From the NCBI GenBank assembly GCA_020850355.1, contig JADZEX010000026.1, positions 8,110 through 72,109 on the forward strand: DNA of 64,000 nucleotides, given 5' to 3'. The notes under the pieces are model-generated. The model did no database searches and was not told where the DNA came from. It saw nothing but the letters and a program-made list of their open reading frames with translations. This document shows positions 45,024 through 53,931 of this stretch, piece after piece. This DNA is from Fimbriimonadaceae bacterium. Its GTDB lineage: Bacteria > Armatimonadota > UBA10988. Every line of letters starts with the position of its first letter. Position 1 is the first letter of the stretch. The position numbers were made by a program, and so were the translations under genes.

Positions 45024-47873
45024 TCACTGCGGGCGCGGTCGCGCGGTGCTGACGCTGGCGCTGTGGCTGACCCGGGCGCTCTCGGCGGTGGCGCGAGCGG
45101 CGGGGGCCTCGCTGAGGATCTGCCGGGCCAGCGTCCGCACGTTGGCCCGCAGGTCGTCGCGGTAGGCTTCGGCCAGCTCCGGCCGTGGGGCGCCCAGGCT
45201 GTTGAGCGCCGCCGCGGCAGTCAAGTGGATCTGCCAGGTCGTGTCCCGCGGTTCGCGCGGGGTGTTGGTGATCGAGTCCGTCAGCGGCTTGCCGGCCGGC
45301 AGGTCTGGCCGCGCCAGCAGCGCATCGATGGCCGGCACCGCCCGCCGGTCACCGATCCGGCCGAGCGCCCGGAGGGCAGCAATCAGCACATCGGCCGGCT
45401 GCTCCTCGGCCAGCAGCGCCGTCAGCAGCGGCACCGCGGCGGCGTCACTGAGGGCCCCCAACAGCCCGATGGCCGCCTGCCAGCGCGGGGCGCAGCGCTG
45501 CGTCAGCCCACCGTCGCGACTGCCATCGAAGGACGGCGGCAGCGTCGCGTCGCGGGTGGCCAGCGCGTCACGCAAGAGCGCGGCGCCCGCCGCGTGGCCC
45601 AGCATCGCCAGCCCGGCGGCGGCGAACCAGCGTTGGTCGGCCGAGGCCGCCTCGAGCGCCCGCCGCAACGCCGGCACCGCGGCCTCGCCCTGTTGGTAGA
45701 GCTGCCAGGCGGCCAGCGTCGGATCGTCGCCGGCCAACGCCACCACCAGTTCTTCGGGCGAACGCTCCGGCAGCGCGCTGGCCCACTGCGGCAGCAGGGC
45801 GCCGCTGGCGCGCAGCGCGCCGTGCAGCCGCGGCAAGGCCAGATCGCGGACGCGCACCCCGTCCAACACCGCCAGCGCCGCCGCGGTGCCGGCCGCCTCG
45901 CCGATCCGCTGCATGTCGCGCTGCATCCGGAACAGCATGTGGGCATCGTGGCTGACGCTGAGGGCGCGGCAGCCCATCACCAAGCCATCGAGGCGTTGCG
46001 GCAGCAGGGCCCGGTAGGGCACCTCATGCTGCATCATGCGTCGCCAGTGGCCGAGCACCCAGCACCACAGCAAGGCCTCGTCGCTCTCCAGTTCGTAGTC
46101 CACGGCGTGGTTGTCGTAGTGGCACGAGCCGTAGGCCACGACGTCGGCGAACTGCCGTCCGGCGACCTGGTCGGCCAGCGTCAGGGTATACTCGCCGACG
46201 ATCTGGCGACTCTGCCGCAGGCCGAGGTGCCTCGAGAGGTAGAGCAGCCGGTCGGCCGCGGTCCAGGGCTCGTCGCGCCAGAACTTGCGGATGCCGTCGC
46301 GGCGGGCCCGCGTGAGGTCCAGGATGTCGCTGGCGTCGACATACCCCGCGTCGAAGTTGTGATGGCTGATCTTCTGACCCGCCAGCCGGCCGCCGCTCTG
46401 GGTGTAGGCGTGCGATAACCCGTCGCCGTCGCGACCCATCGCAAACTCGCAGCCGGCGCGGGCGGCCAGGTCCGCATCGCCCGTGGCGTCGACGCAGGCT
46501 TGCGTCAGGTACTGCACCACCTGACCCGGCGCCACCGCCACCAGGCCGACCAGCCGCTCGCCCTCGACGCACGCCTCGACGATGGTCCAGCCATACCGCA
46601 GGTCGACTCCGGCCTCCAGCACGGCGGCCTCCAAGGCCACTTTCTTGGCTTCCGGGCTGAACCCGGTGATCTGCGGCGCCGCCACGAAGGCCTCGCCGCA
46701 GCAGCGCGTGGCGGCGTCGATCTCTTCCTGCAGGCCGCCCCGCACGCCGTGGTAGTAGCCGTGGATCCCGCCGCCTGTGCCGATGCCGCCGAGGAAGCTG
46801 CCGGCCTCCAGGACGGTCGTCGGCACGCCCTGCCGCGCCGCCGCGAGCGCCGCGAGGGCGCCCCCAGTGCCGCCGCCAGCGACCAGCACCGGCGTCTCGA
46901 CGATCCTGGCGGCGCGAACGGTGGTGGTCACTTCGTGGACCGCCGCCGCGCCCGTGGCGGCCGCCGCGCCGGCCTGTCGACCGCTCTGCACCAACGCCGC
47001 GGCGTCGCCCCAACCGGATCCGCTGACCCACGCCCCGGCGCCCCAGACGTTGCGGCGGGCGGGATGGGCCGCGCTTGCGACGGCCAGGCGGCGGCCGTCG
47101 AGCGGCCAGGGCTGCAACGACGTGTGGCTGACGGCGGCGGCCGTCAGACCAGGCACTGCTGCCCGGACCGCCGTCAGCAGCGCGGGCAGCTCGCGGCGGA
47201 GTCGGCGGGCCAGCGCCACCGGCACCACCTCGCCATCGGCCGGCGCGGCGGCGGTGACGGTCAGCCAGGCCTCGCCCGGCCAGGTCGGCCGCAGCGCGAC
47301 GGCGCAGCCGGCCAGTTCGGCGGGCAGTCCACTGAGCTCGGCGCCAGCAAACTGCCAGGCCACCGCCAGCCGGGCGCTCACCTCAGGCGGCTGCGTGAAG
47401 GGCACCGCATCCGCGGCGAACAGCACGCCGTCGCTGGTGGCGTCGACCACGGCGCCAGCGGCGGCCACCCAGAAGCCGTCCTTGCCGCCGAACAGCACCC
47501 CGCTGGCGGGCTCGCCCGGCTGGCCGGTCAGTGCCACGGGGGTGCTGTAGAGCACCAGCCCGATGTCGTGGTGCGCCAGCAGGCGGTCCACCACCAACTC
47601 GGCGATGGCCGGGTCGAGCCAGCCGGGCGCTGGGATCCCGCCGACCGCGTCGGCCGCGTCCAGCACCGCGGTCAGGAGCTCCTCGGAGCCGGCGACCACC
47701 TCGCCGGCCAGCGACAGCGTCAGCTCCTCGGGCAGACTCGTCCCCGCGGCGACCAGCCACACCGAGCGACCGGCCCGCCGCGCGGCCAGCGCCGCCGCCA
47801 GGGCGCTCCAGCCACCGCCCACCACCACCACGTCCGCCGCCAGGCGGGTCTCGGCGCGTGTCTGCCAGTCCAT
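45024..47873 (-). CDS. Tandem FAD_oxidored-family FAD-dependent oxidoreductase fused to C-terminal HEAT repeats
   Basis: Two Rossmann dinucleotide motifs (VVVVGGGWSALAAALAARRAG; VLVAGGGTGGALAALAAARQGVPTTVLEAGSFLGG). C-terminal LRALGRIGDRRAVPAL-type HEAT units. ATG at 47873 overlaps the esterase stop. Confidence 0.6.
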   Translation of the reverse strand: MDWQTRAETRLAADVVVVGGGWSALAAALAARRAGRSVWLVAAGTSLPEELTLSLAGEVVAGSEELLTAVLDAADAVGGIPAPGWLDPAIAELVVDRLLAHHDIGLVLYSTPVALTGQPGEPASGVLFGGKDGFWVAAAGAVVDATSDGVLFAADAVPFTQPPEVSARLAVAWQFAGAELSGLPAELAGCAVALRPTWPGEAWLTVTAAAPADGEVVPVALARRLRRELPALLTAVRAAVPGLTAAAVSHTSLQPWPLDGRRLAVASAAHPARRNVWGAGAWVSGSGWGDAAALVQSGRQAGAAAATGAAAVHEVTTTVRAARIVETPVLVAGGGTGGALAALAAARQGVPTTVLEAGSFLGGIGTGGGIHGYYHGVRGGLQEEIDAATRCCGEAFVAAPQITGFSPEAKKVALEAAVLEAGVDLRYGWTIVEACVEGERLVGLVAVAPGQVVQYLTQACVDATGDADLAARAGCEFAMGRDGDGLSHAYTQSGGRLAGQKISHHNFDAGYVDASDILDLTRARRDGIRKFWRDEPWTAADRLLYLSRHLGLRQSRQIVGEYTLTLADQVAGRQFADVVAYGSCHYDNHAVDYELESDEALLWCWVLGHWRRMMQHEVPYRALLPQRLDGLVMGCRALSVSHDAHMLFRMQRDMQRIGEAAGTAAALAVLDGVRVRDLALPRLHGALRASGALLPQWASALPERSPEELVVALAGDDPTLAAWQLYQQGEAAVPALRRALEAASADQRWFAAAGLAMLGHAAGAALLRDALATRDATLPPSFDGSRDGGLTQRCAPRWQAAIGLLGALSDAAAVPLLTALLAEEQPADVLIAALRALGRIGDRRAVPAIDALLARPDLPAGKPLTDSITNTPREPRDTTWQIHLTAAAALNSLGAPRPELAEAYRDDLRANVRTLARQILSEAPAARATAESARVSHSASVSTARPRPQ

Positions 47874-48658
47874 CACAGCTCTCCCGGATCCCACGGCGTG
47901 TGGCGCTCGCCAACCGCCCAGTGGGCGAAGCTCAGCCAGCGGCGGGTGGTCGCGTCGCCCGGCGCGCCGACCGCTTGGATCACACTGACGTGGTTGCCGT
48001 CGCCGGACACCGTGTGCCAGACCGCGGTGCCCTGTTCGGCCAAACGACTCGCCAGCTCGCGGCTGTGACGGTGCAGGCCCCAGTCGCGGGCGGCGTTGTG
48101 GAGCCAGTGGGGCGGCTCCCCGGCGACCACCTGGAGCGTCGGTGAGGCCGCTTCCCAGGCTTCTTGGCGGTGCCCGAAGCAGGGCCGAATCCAGATCCGG
48201 CACATCCAGGCGACGCGCGCTGCCCAGGGCAGGTGGTAGACGCCGCTGATCCCGACCACCCCCCGCAGCGCCGGCCGGGGCACGCCGTAGGGCGCCAGCC
48301 AGGCCGCGTCCGCGGCCAACAAGGTGGCCAGTTGCGCGCCGGCGCTATGACCGCAGAGCAGCAGTCGCGTCGGATCGCCGCCCTCCGCGGCGGCCTGCTG
48401 CCAGAGCCAGCCAACCGCCCGCGCGGCGTCGGCGATCTGGGCTGGATGCGGGTGGCTGGGAGCCAGCCGGTAGGTGACCACGGCTGTCAGGAAGCCGCCC
48501 GCGGCCAGCGCCGTGCCGAGCTGCTGGTACTCCTCCAGCTCGCCGGAGACCCAGCCGCCGCCGTGGAAGAAGACCAGCACCGGCCAGGGCGCTGCCGTCG
48601 GCGGCCGGTACAGCTCGAGCTCCTGACGCGCCGCCGGGCCGTAGGCGTGGCGGCTCAT
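47873..48658 (-). CDS. Alpha/beta-hydrolase esterase/lipase
   Basis: HGGGW oxyanion motif, GHSAG nucleophile elbow, C-terminal His. Confidence 0.75.
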   Translation of the reverse strand: MSRHAYGPAARQELELYRPPTAAPWPVLVFFHGGGWVSGELEEYQQLGTALAAGGFLTAVVTYRLAPSHPHPAQIADAARAVGWLWQQAAAEGGDPTRLLLCGHSAGAQLATLLAADAAWLAPYGVPRPALRGVVGISGVYHLPWAARVAWMCRIWIRPCFGHRQEAWEAASPTLQVVAGEPPHWLHNAARDWGLHRHSRELASRLAEQGTAVWHTVSGDGNHVSVIQAVGAPGDATTRRWLSFAHWAVGERHTPWDPGEL

Positions 48659-48717
48659 CGCGCCCCTCGGCAGGGATCGCCGCCGGCCACCCGAAGCTGT
48701 GGCCTGGAGAGGCAGGC

Positions 48718-49602
48718 ATGGCGATCTACAAGACGGTGGCCCGGTCCGGCGGAGAGCTGCTGCGCAGCATCGCCGAAGCCAGTCCCGCGTTGGGCGAGGC
48801 GGTCTTCTGGTGGCTCGGACAACATACCGTGATCCTGAAGATGGGCGCCACTCGCGTATTCATCGACCCCTACCTGAAGCCCTCCGAGCGGCGCAACAAA
48901 CCACCGCTGCTGACTCCCGCGCAGTGCGGCGAGTTCGATCTGGTGCTGGGCACCCACGACCACAGCGACCATCTTGACCCCGACGCCATCCCCGGCATCG
49001 CCGCCGCCTCGCAGGCGATCTTCATCACCTCCACCGCGCACCGCCGCCGGATGCTCGACCTGGGCGTGCCCGAGGCGCGCTGGATCGGCTTGCAGCCGGG
49101 CGAGAGCGCCACGGTGAAGGGCGTCACGGTGACCGCCGTCAAAGCCTGCCACGAGTTCTTCGACGAGACCCCCGAGGGGCTCTTCCCGCACCTCGGGTTC
49201 GTCGTCGAAGGGTCCGGGGTGCGGGCCTACCACAGCGGTGACACCGTCTGGTGGGAGGGCCTGCAGGCCGAGTTGCGCCGCCGACTGCCGCTGGACGTGG
49301 CGTTTGTGCCGATCAATGGACGGGACGCCCCGCGCTACCGGCGCAACTGCCTCGGCAACATGGGCTTCGCCGAAGCCGCCGACCTGATCTGTCAACTCCC
49401 GGTCGGTCTGGCCGTCCCGACGCATTTTGACATGTTCGACGGCAACCTCGAAGAGCCCGAGAAGTTCATCGACTTCGTCGTCGCCAAGTACCCCGGCCAG
49501 CCGACCTGGCTCGGCGCGGCCGGCGAGCCGGTGCTGCTGCGGGCGAAGCGCCAGGCGGCAGCCCGGCCCAGGAGCGTCCGACCTGTGTCCGGGGTACGCT
49601 GA
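48718..49602 (+). CDS. MBL-fold metallo-hydrolase (UlaG-like lactonase family)
   Basis: HDHSDH metal motif, later H and D ligands. Confidence 0.7.
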   Translation: MAIYKTVARSGGELLRSIAEASPALGEAVFWWLGQHTVILKMGATRVFIDPYLKPSERRNKPPLLTPAQCGEFDLVLGTHDHSDHLDPDAIPGIAAASQAIFITSTAHRRRMLDLGVPEARWIGLQPGESATVKGVTVTAVKACHEFFDETPEGLFPHLGFVVEGSGVRAYHSGDTVWWEGLQAELRRRLPLDVAFVPINGRDAPRYRRNCLGNMGFAEAADLICQLPVGLAVPTHFDMFDGNLEEPEKFIDFVVAKYPGQPTWLGAAGEPVLLRAKRQAAARPRSVRPVSGVR

Positions 49603-49669
49603 CCGCCGCGAGTACCCCGACCGCGGCACCGGTCCGCGGGTGTCGGACCGGCAGCTCACCGAGCCGTGG

Positions 49670-51712
49670 TCAGCGCAGCGGCAGCAACTGCAGCCCGTCG
49701 GCGACAACATGGCCGTTGGTGCCGGCGTTGCTGAGGATCACCCGCACCTGGTTACCGGCCGGCAGATCGAGCGTCGCCAGCGGGTCGAAGCCGTTGCGGC
49801 TGGCGTCTTGCTGGTTGACCAGACCCTGCCAGACCGTCTGCCCGGCGACGGTGATGCTGACCGGCACGTTGCTGGCGCGGTTGTCCATCGGGACGCTGAC
49901 CAGCACCACCTGGTACTTCCCGGCCGCCGGCAGGGCGGGCGCGTAGACCAGTTGCAGCTCGCCCTTCTGGGCATTGCCGTCGTGCAAGTACCCTCGTCCG
50001 ACGCGCCGGTTGGCCGGCACGGCCGACGGCGTCCAACGGCCGAGCTGGGTGGCGTCGTCGTCGTCCAGGACGATGCCCGGCAGGCTGCGCGGGTCGATCG
50101 GCGGCACGCTGGCGGCCTCGTCGCCCGGCTCCCAGCGCAGCAGTTGGCCGGCGGTCAGGAGTCGCGCCACCAAGGCGTCCCGGTCGATCTGCTGCACCGC
50201 CTGCCCCCGCGGCAGGGCCAGCGCCACGGCCGTGGCGGCCGACTGGCCGAGCACCATGAAGACCGGCTCCATGCGAATCGAGCCGTAGGCGATGTGGGTC
50301 GCTGAGAGGCAGGTCGAGACCAACAGGTTCCGGCACTCGCTTTCGCGCGGGACGAGGGCGCCGTAACCGATGGGGTAGGGTCCCCGCACGCCGTACTCGA
50401 CATTGCCTTCGTTGCGGGCCAGGCCAGCGACCACCACGCGCTGGCAATGGTGGCTGTCCATGCCGTAACTGGCCAGGCCGACGCTGTGCTCGGCGACGGT
50501 CTGCCAGCGGCAGTGGTGCTCAGTCATTACCAGGTCGCTGACCATCCGGCGCGCCTCGCGGACGTACAACTGGTGCGGCCAACCGCCGGTGGCGACGAAC
50601 TCGTCACGCGGCAGGCCCCAGGCGCTGACCTCGGCGCGGACCGCTGCGGGGACCTGCTCGTCGTGGCACAGGAACCAGAGCAGCCCTTGTTGGTAGGTGA
50701 CGTGGTCGGCGAAGATCCGCTGCCGCGCGGCCTTGTCACCGTCGGGCCAGCCCCAACTGCCGCCGATGTAGTCGGTCGAGAAGCCCCCGTAGTTGTTGGT
50801 GTCGGTCTTGCCATGGGGCATCGGCGTGGTCAGCCGCAGGACATCGAAGATGCCGCTGCGCAGGTAGCGGGCCAAGACGGTGTAGCGCCGGGGATCGTAG
50901 CCGGCGGGCTGTGGGAAGGGCAGCCGGTCGGCGGCCTTGGTGAGGCACATCCGGAAGTTGTAGGCCTGCACCTTGCGGTCGCCGACGCCGTTCGGCTCCA
51001 GCTCCTGCGGCCAGATCCCCGGCAGCAGCCCGCTGCCCGGCTGGCCCTCAATCACATACGGGTCGACCGGCGCGTTGAAGTTGTGGTTGCGGTGGCCGTA
51101 GTGGACGCCGTTGAGGCTCTCGCCATACTGCCCATTCGGCTCGCGGCCGACGGTGTAGCTGACGCGCGCCAGCGCCAGCAGGTCGCCTTCGTAGGTGGTG
51201 TCGAGGAAGTAAGCGGCCTCGAACTGCCGGCCCGTCGCGCTGCGCACGGCGGTGATCTGGCGGTCGGTCACGGTGGCCGCCACCAGACGCTCGCCCAGGG
51301 CCAGGGGCACCTGGTGCTCGGCGGCCCAGCGCCCCAGGAGCTGCTCGGCGACCGACGGCTCGAACCGGAAGCCCTGCGAGCAGGCCTTGGCCGGCGCCGA
51401 GTCGGGCCCATAGGACTGCTGATAGTGCTGCTCGACCCGCCGGTAGAAGTCGCGTGCCAGGCCGCCGATGGAGCCGCGGTTGCCGGCGTCGGTGGCGCCC
51501 AGGCCGCCGCTGGTGAGTCCCCCGAGACGCCGCCCGGCAGCGACCAGCAGGACCCGCAAGCCGAGCTGGCGGGCGGCGATGGCAGCGACCACGCCGCCGG
51601 CGGTGGCGCCGTAGACCAGCAGGTCCAGCGCCGGTCCGGCCGCCCGCACCGGCCGCGCCAGGGCCGCGGCGCCCGTCAGGGTGAGCATCTGTCGTCGTGT
51701 CAGCCGCGCCAT
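49670..51712 (-). CDS. Tat-exported FAD_oxidored-family FAD-dependent oxidoreductase
   Basis: Tat signal MARLTRRQMLTLTGAAALA. Rossmann motif DLLVYGATAGGVVAAIAARQLG. Confidence 0.7.
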   Translation of the reverse strand: MARLTRRQMLTLTGAAALARPVRAAGPALDLLVYGATAGGVVAAIAARQLGLRVLLVAAGRRLGGLTSGGLGATDAGNRGSIGGLARDFYRRVEQHYQQSYGPDSAPAKACSQGFRFEPSVAEQLLGRWAAEHQVPLALGERLVAATVTDRQITAVRSATGRQFEAAYFLDTTYEGDLLALARVSYTVGREPNGQYGESLNGVHYGHRNHNFNAPVDPYVIEGQPGSGLLPGIWPQELEPNGVGDRKVQAYNFRMCLTKAADRLPFPQPAGYDPRRYTVLARYLRSGIFDVLRLTTPMPHGKTDTNNYGGFSTDYIGGSWGWPDGDKAARQRIFADHVTYQQGLLWFLCHDEQVPAAVRAEVSAWGLPRDEFVATGGWPHQLYVREARRMVSDLVMTEHHCRWQTVAEHSVGLASYGMDSHHCQRVVVAGLARNEGNVEYGVRGPYPIGYGALVPRESECRNLLVSTCLSATHIAYGSIRMEPVFMVLGQSAATAVALALPRGQAVQQIDRDALVARLLTAGQLLRWEPGDEAASVPPIDPRSLPGIVLDDDDATQLGRWTPSAVPANRRVGRGYLHDGNAQKGELQLVYAPALPAAGKYQVVLVSVPMDNRASNVPVSITVAGQTVWQGLVNQQDASRNGFDPLATLDLPAGNQVRVILSNAGTNGHVVADGLQLLPLR

Positions 51713-51766
51713 CGCCGCCTCCCGCTGCGGCAGACTACGTCGCGCTGTGGCGCGGCCCTGCCGCCG

Positions 51767-52069
51767 TCAGGTGAACTGGTTGAGCGCCACCGCGAAATCG
51801 AGGTCGGCTTGCGTCACCCGGCCGGCGGAGTGGGTCGTCACGGTCACCGTCACCGAGCGGGTGGTGGTGCAGAGGATCACGTCCGGGTGGTGGTTGGTCG
51901 CAGCGATGGTCTCGGCGAGATGGCGCATGAAGCGGGTAATGTCGCCGAACGTGCCGAACAGGTAGCGCCGGACGATCGCCTTGCCCTGCTGCTCCCAGCC
52001 GGTCAGGGCCGGCAACGCCGCGGCCAGCGCCTCGGCGGTCAACACGGTCTTGTCCTCGACCGCAGCCAT
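51767..52069 (-). CDS. phhB: 4a-hydroxytetrahydrobiopterin dehydratase (pterin-4a-carbinolamine dehydratase)
   Basis: WEQQGKAIVRRYLFGTFGDITRFMRHLAETIAATNHHPDV is the PCD signature (E-x-HHP). Confidence 0.8.
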   Translation of the reverse strand: MAAVEDKTVLTAEALAAALPALTGWEQQGKAIVRRYLFGTFGDITRFMRHLAETIAATNHHPDVILCTTTRSVTVTVTTHSAGRVTQADLDFAVALNQFT

Positions 52070-52170
52070 GGTGCTCTCCCGTGCTCATTCTGCCGACGGC
52101 CGGCGATCCTGTCCGGGTGGATCCCGTTCGGCGACCCGGCTGTTAGAATAGCAGGAGAGGGATCCGCCGC

Positions 52171-53025
52171 ATGGCCAAGGAAGCTGCCGTCGCCCCGCCC
52201 GTGCCGCCCGGCGCGCCACCACTGGAGGCCGACCTGGCCGCCGTGGGCAAGTCCGCCTGCACCTGGTGCGGCAGCGCGGAGCGCGAGCCGTTCCGCGGCG
52301 AGCGCTGCAACTGGTACCGCTGTCGGCAGTGCGGCTTCTGGGTCAGCGAGCTGCTGGTCGACCCCGAAGTCTACGCCACCGAGGATTACGGCGCCGATTA
52401 CCAGCACTCCTACTACGGCCGCAGCATCGCCCGCAAGCTGAAGACGTCGTACTACCGCTGGAACGTGATCGAAGCGGTCAAGCCCGGGCCTGGCAGCTTC
52501 TTGGACGTCGGCTGCAGCTACGGCACGATGCTCAAAGCCGGCGCCGAGCGCGGCTGGTCGACCCACGGCGTGGACATCGCCCCGGCGATGATCGACTACG
52601 CCAAGACCGTCGGCCAGGACGTGCGGCTCGGCAGCCTCACCAAGATCCCCTACGACGACGACACCTTCGACGTGATCCACGCGCGCCATGTGCTGGAGCA
52701 CGACATCCAGACCTACGCCGCGCTGGCCGAACTGCGGCGCGTCATGAAGCCCGGCGGGATCCTGGTGGTCGAGGTCCCCGACGGCGACTGCGCCCGGACC
52801 CGCCGCAACCCGGCGGCCGAGGTGCCGAACTGGTCGTACCTCCACATGGTCACCTTCACGCCAACGACGCTGGCCGGCTTCATGGCCCGCAGCGGCTGGC
52901 AGTACGTGCCACCGCCGACCCGGATCGCCGGCGGACTGCAGTGTCAGGGCTGGTTCGCCTGGAAGAGCTTCCGCGAGCGGCGGCGTTGGGCGACCTACTT
53001 CATCACCTACTGGCGCAAGGCCTGA
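52171..53025 (+). CDS. Class I SAM-dependent methyltransferase with N-terminal Cys4 zinc ribbon
   Basis: CTWCGS...CRQCGF zinc ribbon. Motif I LDVGCSYG. Motif post-II FDVIHARHVLEH. Confidence 0.7.
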   Translation: MAKEAAVAPPVPPGAPPLEADLAAVGKSACTWCGSAEREPFRGERCNWYRCRQCGFWVSELLVDPEVYATEDYGADYQHSYYGRSIARKLKTSYYRWNVIEAVKPGPGSFLDVGCSYGTMLKAGAERGWSTHGVDIAPAMIDYAKTVGQDVRLGSLTKIPYDDDTFDVIHARHVLEHDIQTYAALAELRRVMKPGGILVVEVPDGDCARTRRNPAAEVPNWSYLHMVTFTPTTLAGFMARSGWQYVPPPTRIAGGLQCQGWFAWKSFRERRRWATYFITYWRKA

Positions 53026-53064
53026 CCGCCGCCAGCCCGCAGCCCACGGCGCCGACCCCAAAGC

Positions 53065-53095
53065 GCCACGCCGGCGCACGAGGCGCCGGCGTGGC
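53065..53095. terminator. Perfect 13-bp GC hairpin (gccacgccggcgc-acgag-gcgccggcgtggc) between convergent genes. Candidate bidirectional terminator.
   Basis: Seen directly. 40 nt after the methyltransferase stop, within a 236-nt convergent intergenic region. Confidence 0.4.
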
Positions 53096-53261
53096 TGAGG
53101 CCTGTGGGAGATAGGAGATCCACTCGCCGCGGTACCTGGCCAGAGGTGCTGGGGCTGGCATTCAGATGGCTTGGGGGCCAGCCTGTGAACGCAGAACGGT
53201 GGGCCCGGCGGCTGCAGGAAGGCATCGGATAGCTCCGACGCAGAACAGGCCTCCTCGGACC

Positions 53262-53786
53262 CTACGCCAGGAGCGTTGGGTCCAAGCTCGGAAGCTCGAC
53301 GGGCTGGTCGTTGGCCACGGCGATGGCCTGGCGTAACGCGGCCGCCCGGTCCGCAGCGGCGCGCAGCAGTTCGCCGGCCCGACCGAGCGGCAGGCGGCGT
53401 TCCTGGTGCTCCTCTTCGAGACTGCGCGAACGCGCCTGCAAGCCGTAGTAGCCCGCTTCGTTGTCGCTCTTGGCGGCCTTCTCCAGCATCCCGACCAGGC
53501 GGTCGGCACCGCCCACCAGCTTGACGGCCTGCCCCAACGGCATCGTCTCGTCGCCCTCGACGAACCGGACCGTGGCCTGGACGAGCTGGTTGTACTGCAT
53601 CTGCGCCGCCTGCAACGCCGCGATTCGCCGCTCGACGGTGTAGAAGTCGGTCAGCACGGCTTCCGGCAGCGGCCTCTCGTCGGCCGCGAAGGCGTAGAGA
53701 CTGTCTTGCCATTGACTCTGCAACAGGCTGCGCTGCCGTTCGAGGTCCTTCAGGATCCGCCGCAACTGGTACCCGGTGACCGCCAT
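53262..53786 (-). CDS. Hypothetical protein, predicted helical/coiled-coil
   Basis: MAVTGYQLRRILKDLERQRSLLQSQWQ... has balanced composition with K/Y/F/Q/E, unlike the GC-driven antisense ORFs. No motif recognised. Confidence 0.4.
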   Translation of the reverse strand: MAVTGYQLRRILKDLERQRSLLQSQWQDSLYAFAADERPLPEAVLTDFYTVERRIAALQAAQMQYNQLVQATVRFVEGDETMPLGQAVKLVGGADRLVGMLEKAAKSDNEAGYYGLQARSRSLEEEHQERRLPLGRAGELLRAAADRAAALRQAIAVANDQPVELPSLDPTLLA

Positions 53787-53931
53787 GGTGCTGCTCCGCC
53801 GGTCGCCGCGCCACGGCCGACGACTCCGGAGGCGCAGCATCGCACGGCGACGCACGGTTGGTCAAGTAGCCAGTGGGACCGTTCCGGCGGCTGCCGAAAC
53901 GGTCCCTTAACAAACCGACCAGTTGGTCTGC

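Noticed and set aside
45003-48068. Plus-strand ORFs 45003-46418 and 46500-48068
   Set aside because: Arg/Gly/Pro-rich antisense frames opposite the FAD_oxidored-HEAT gene, which has two clear Rossmann motifs.
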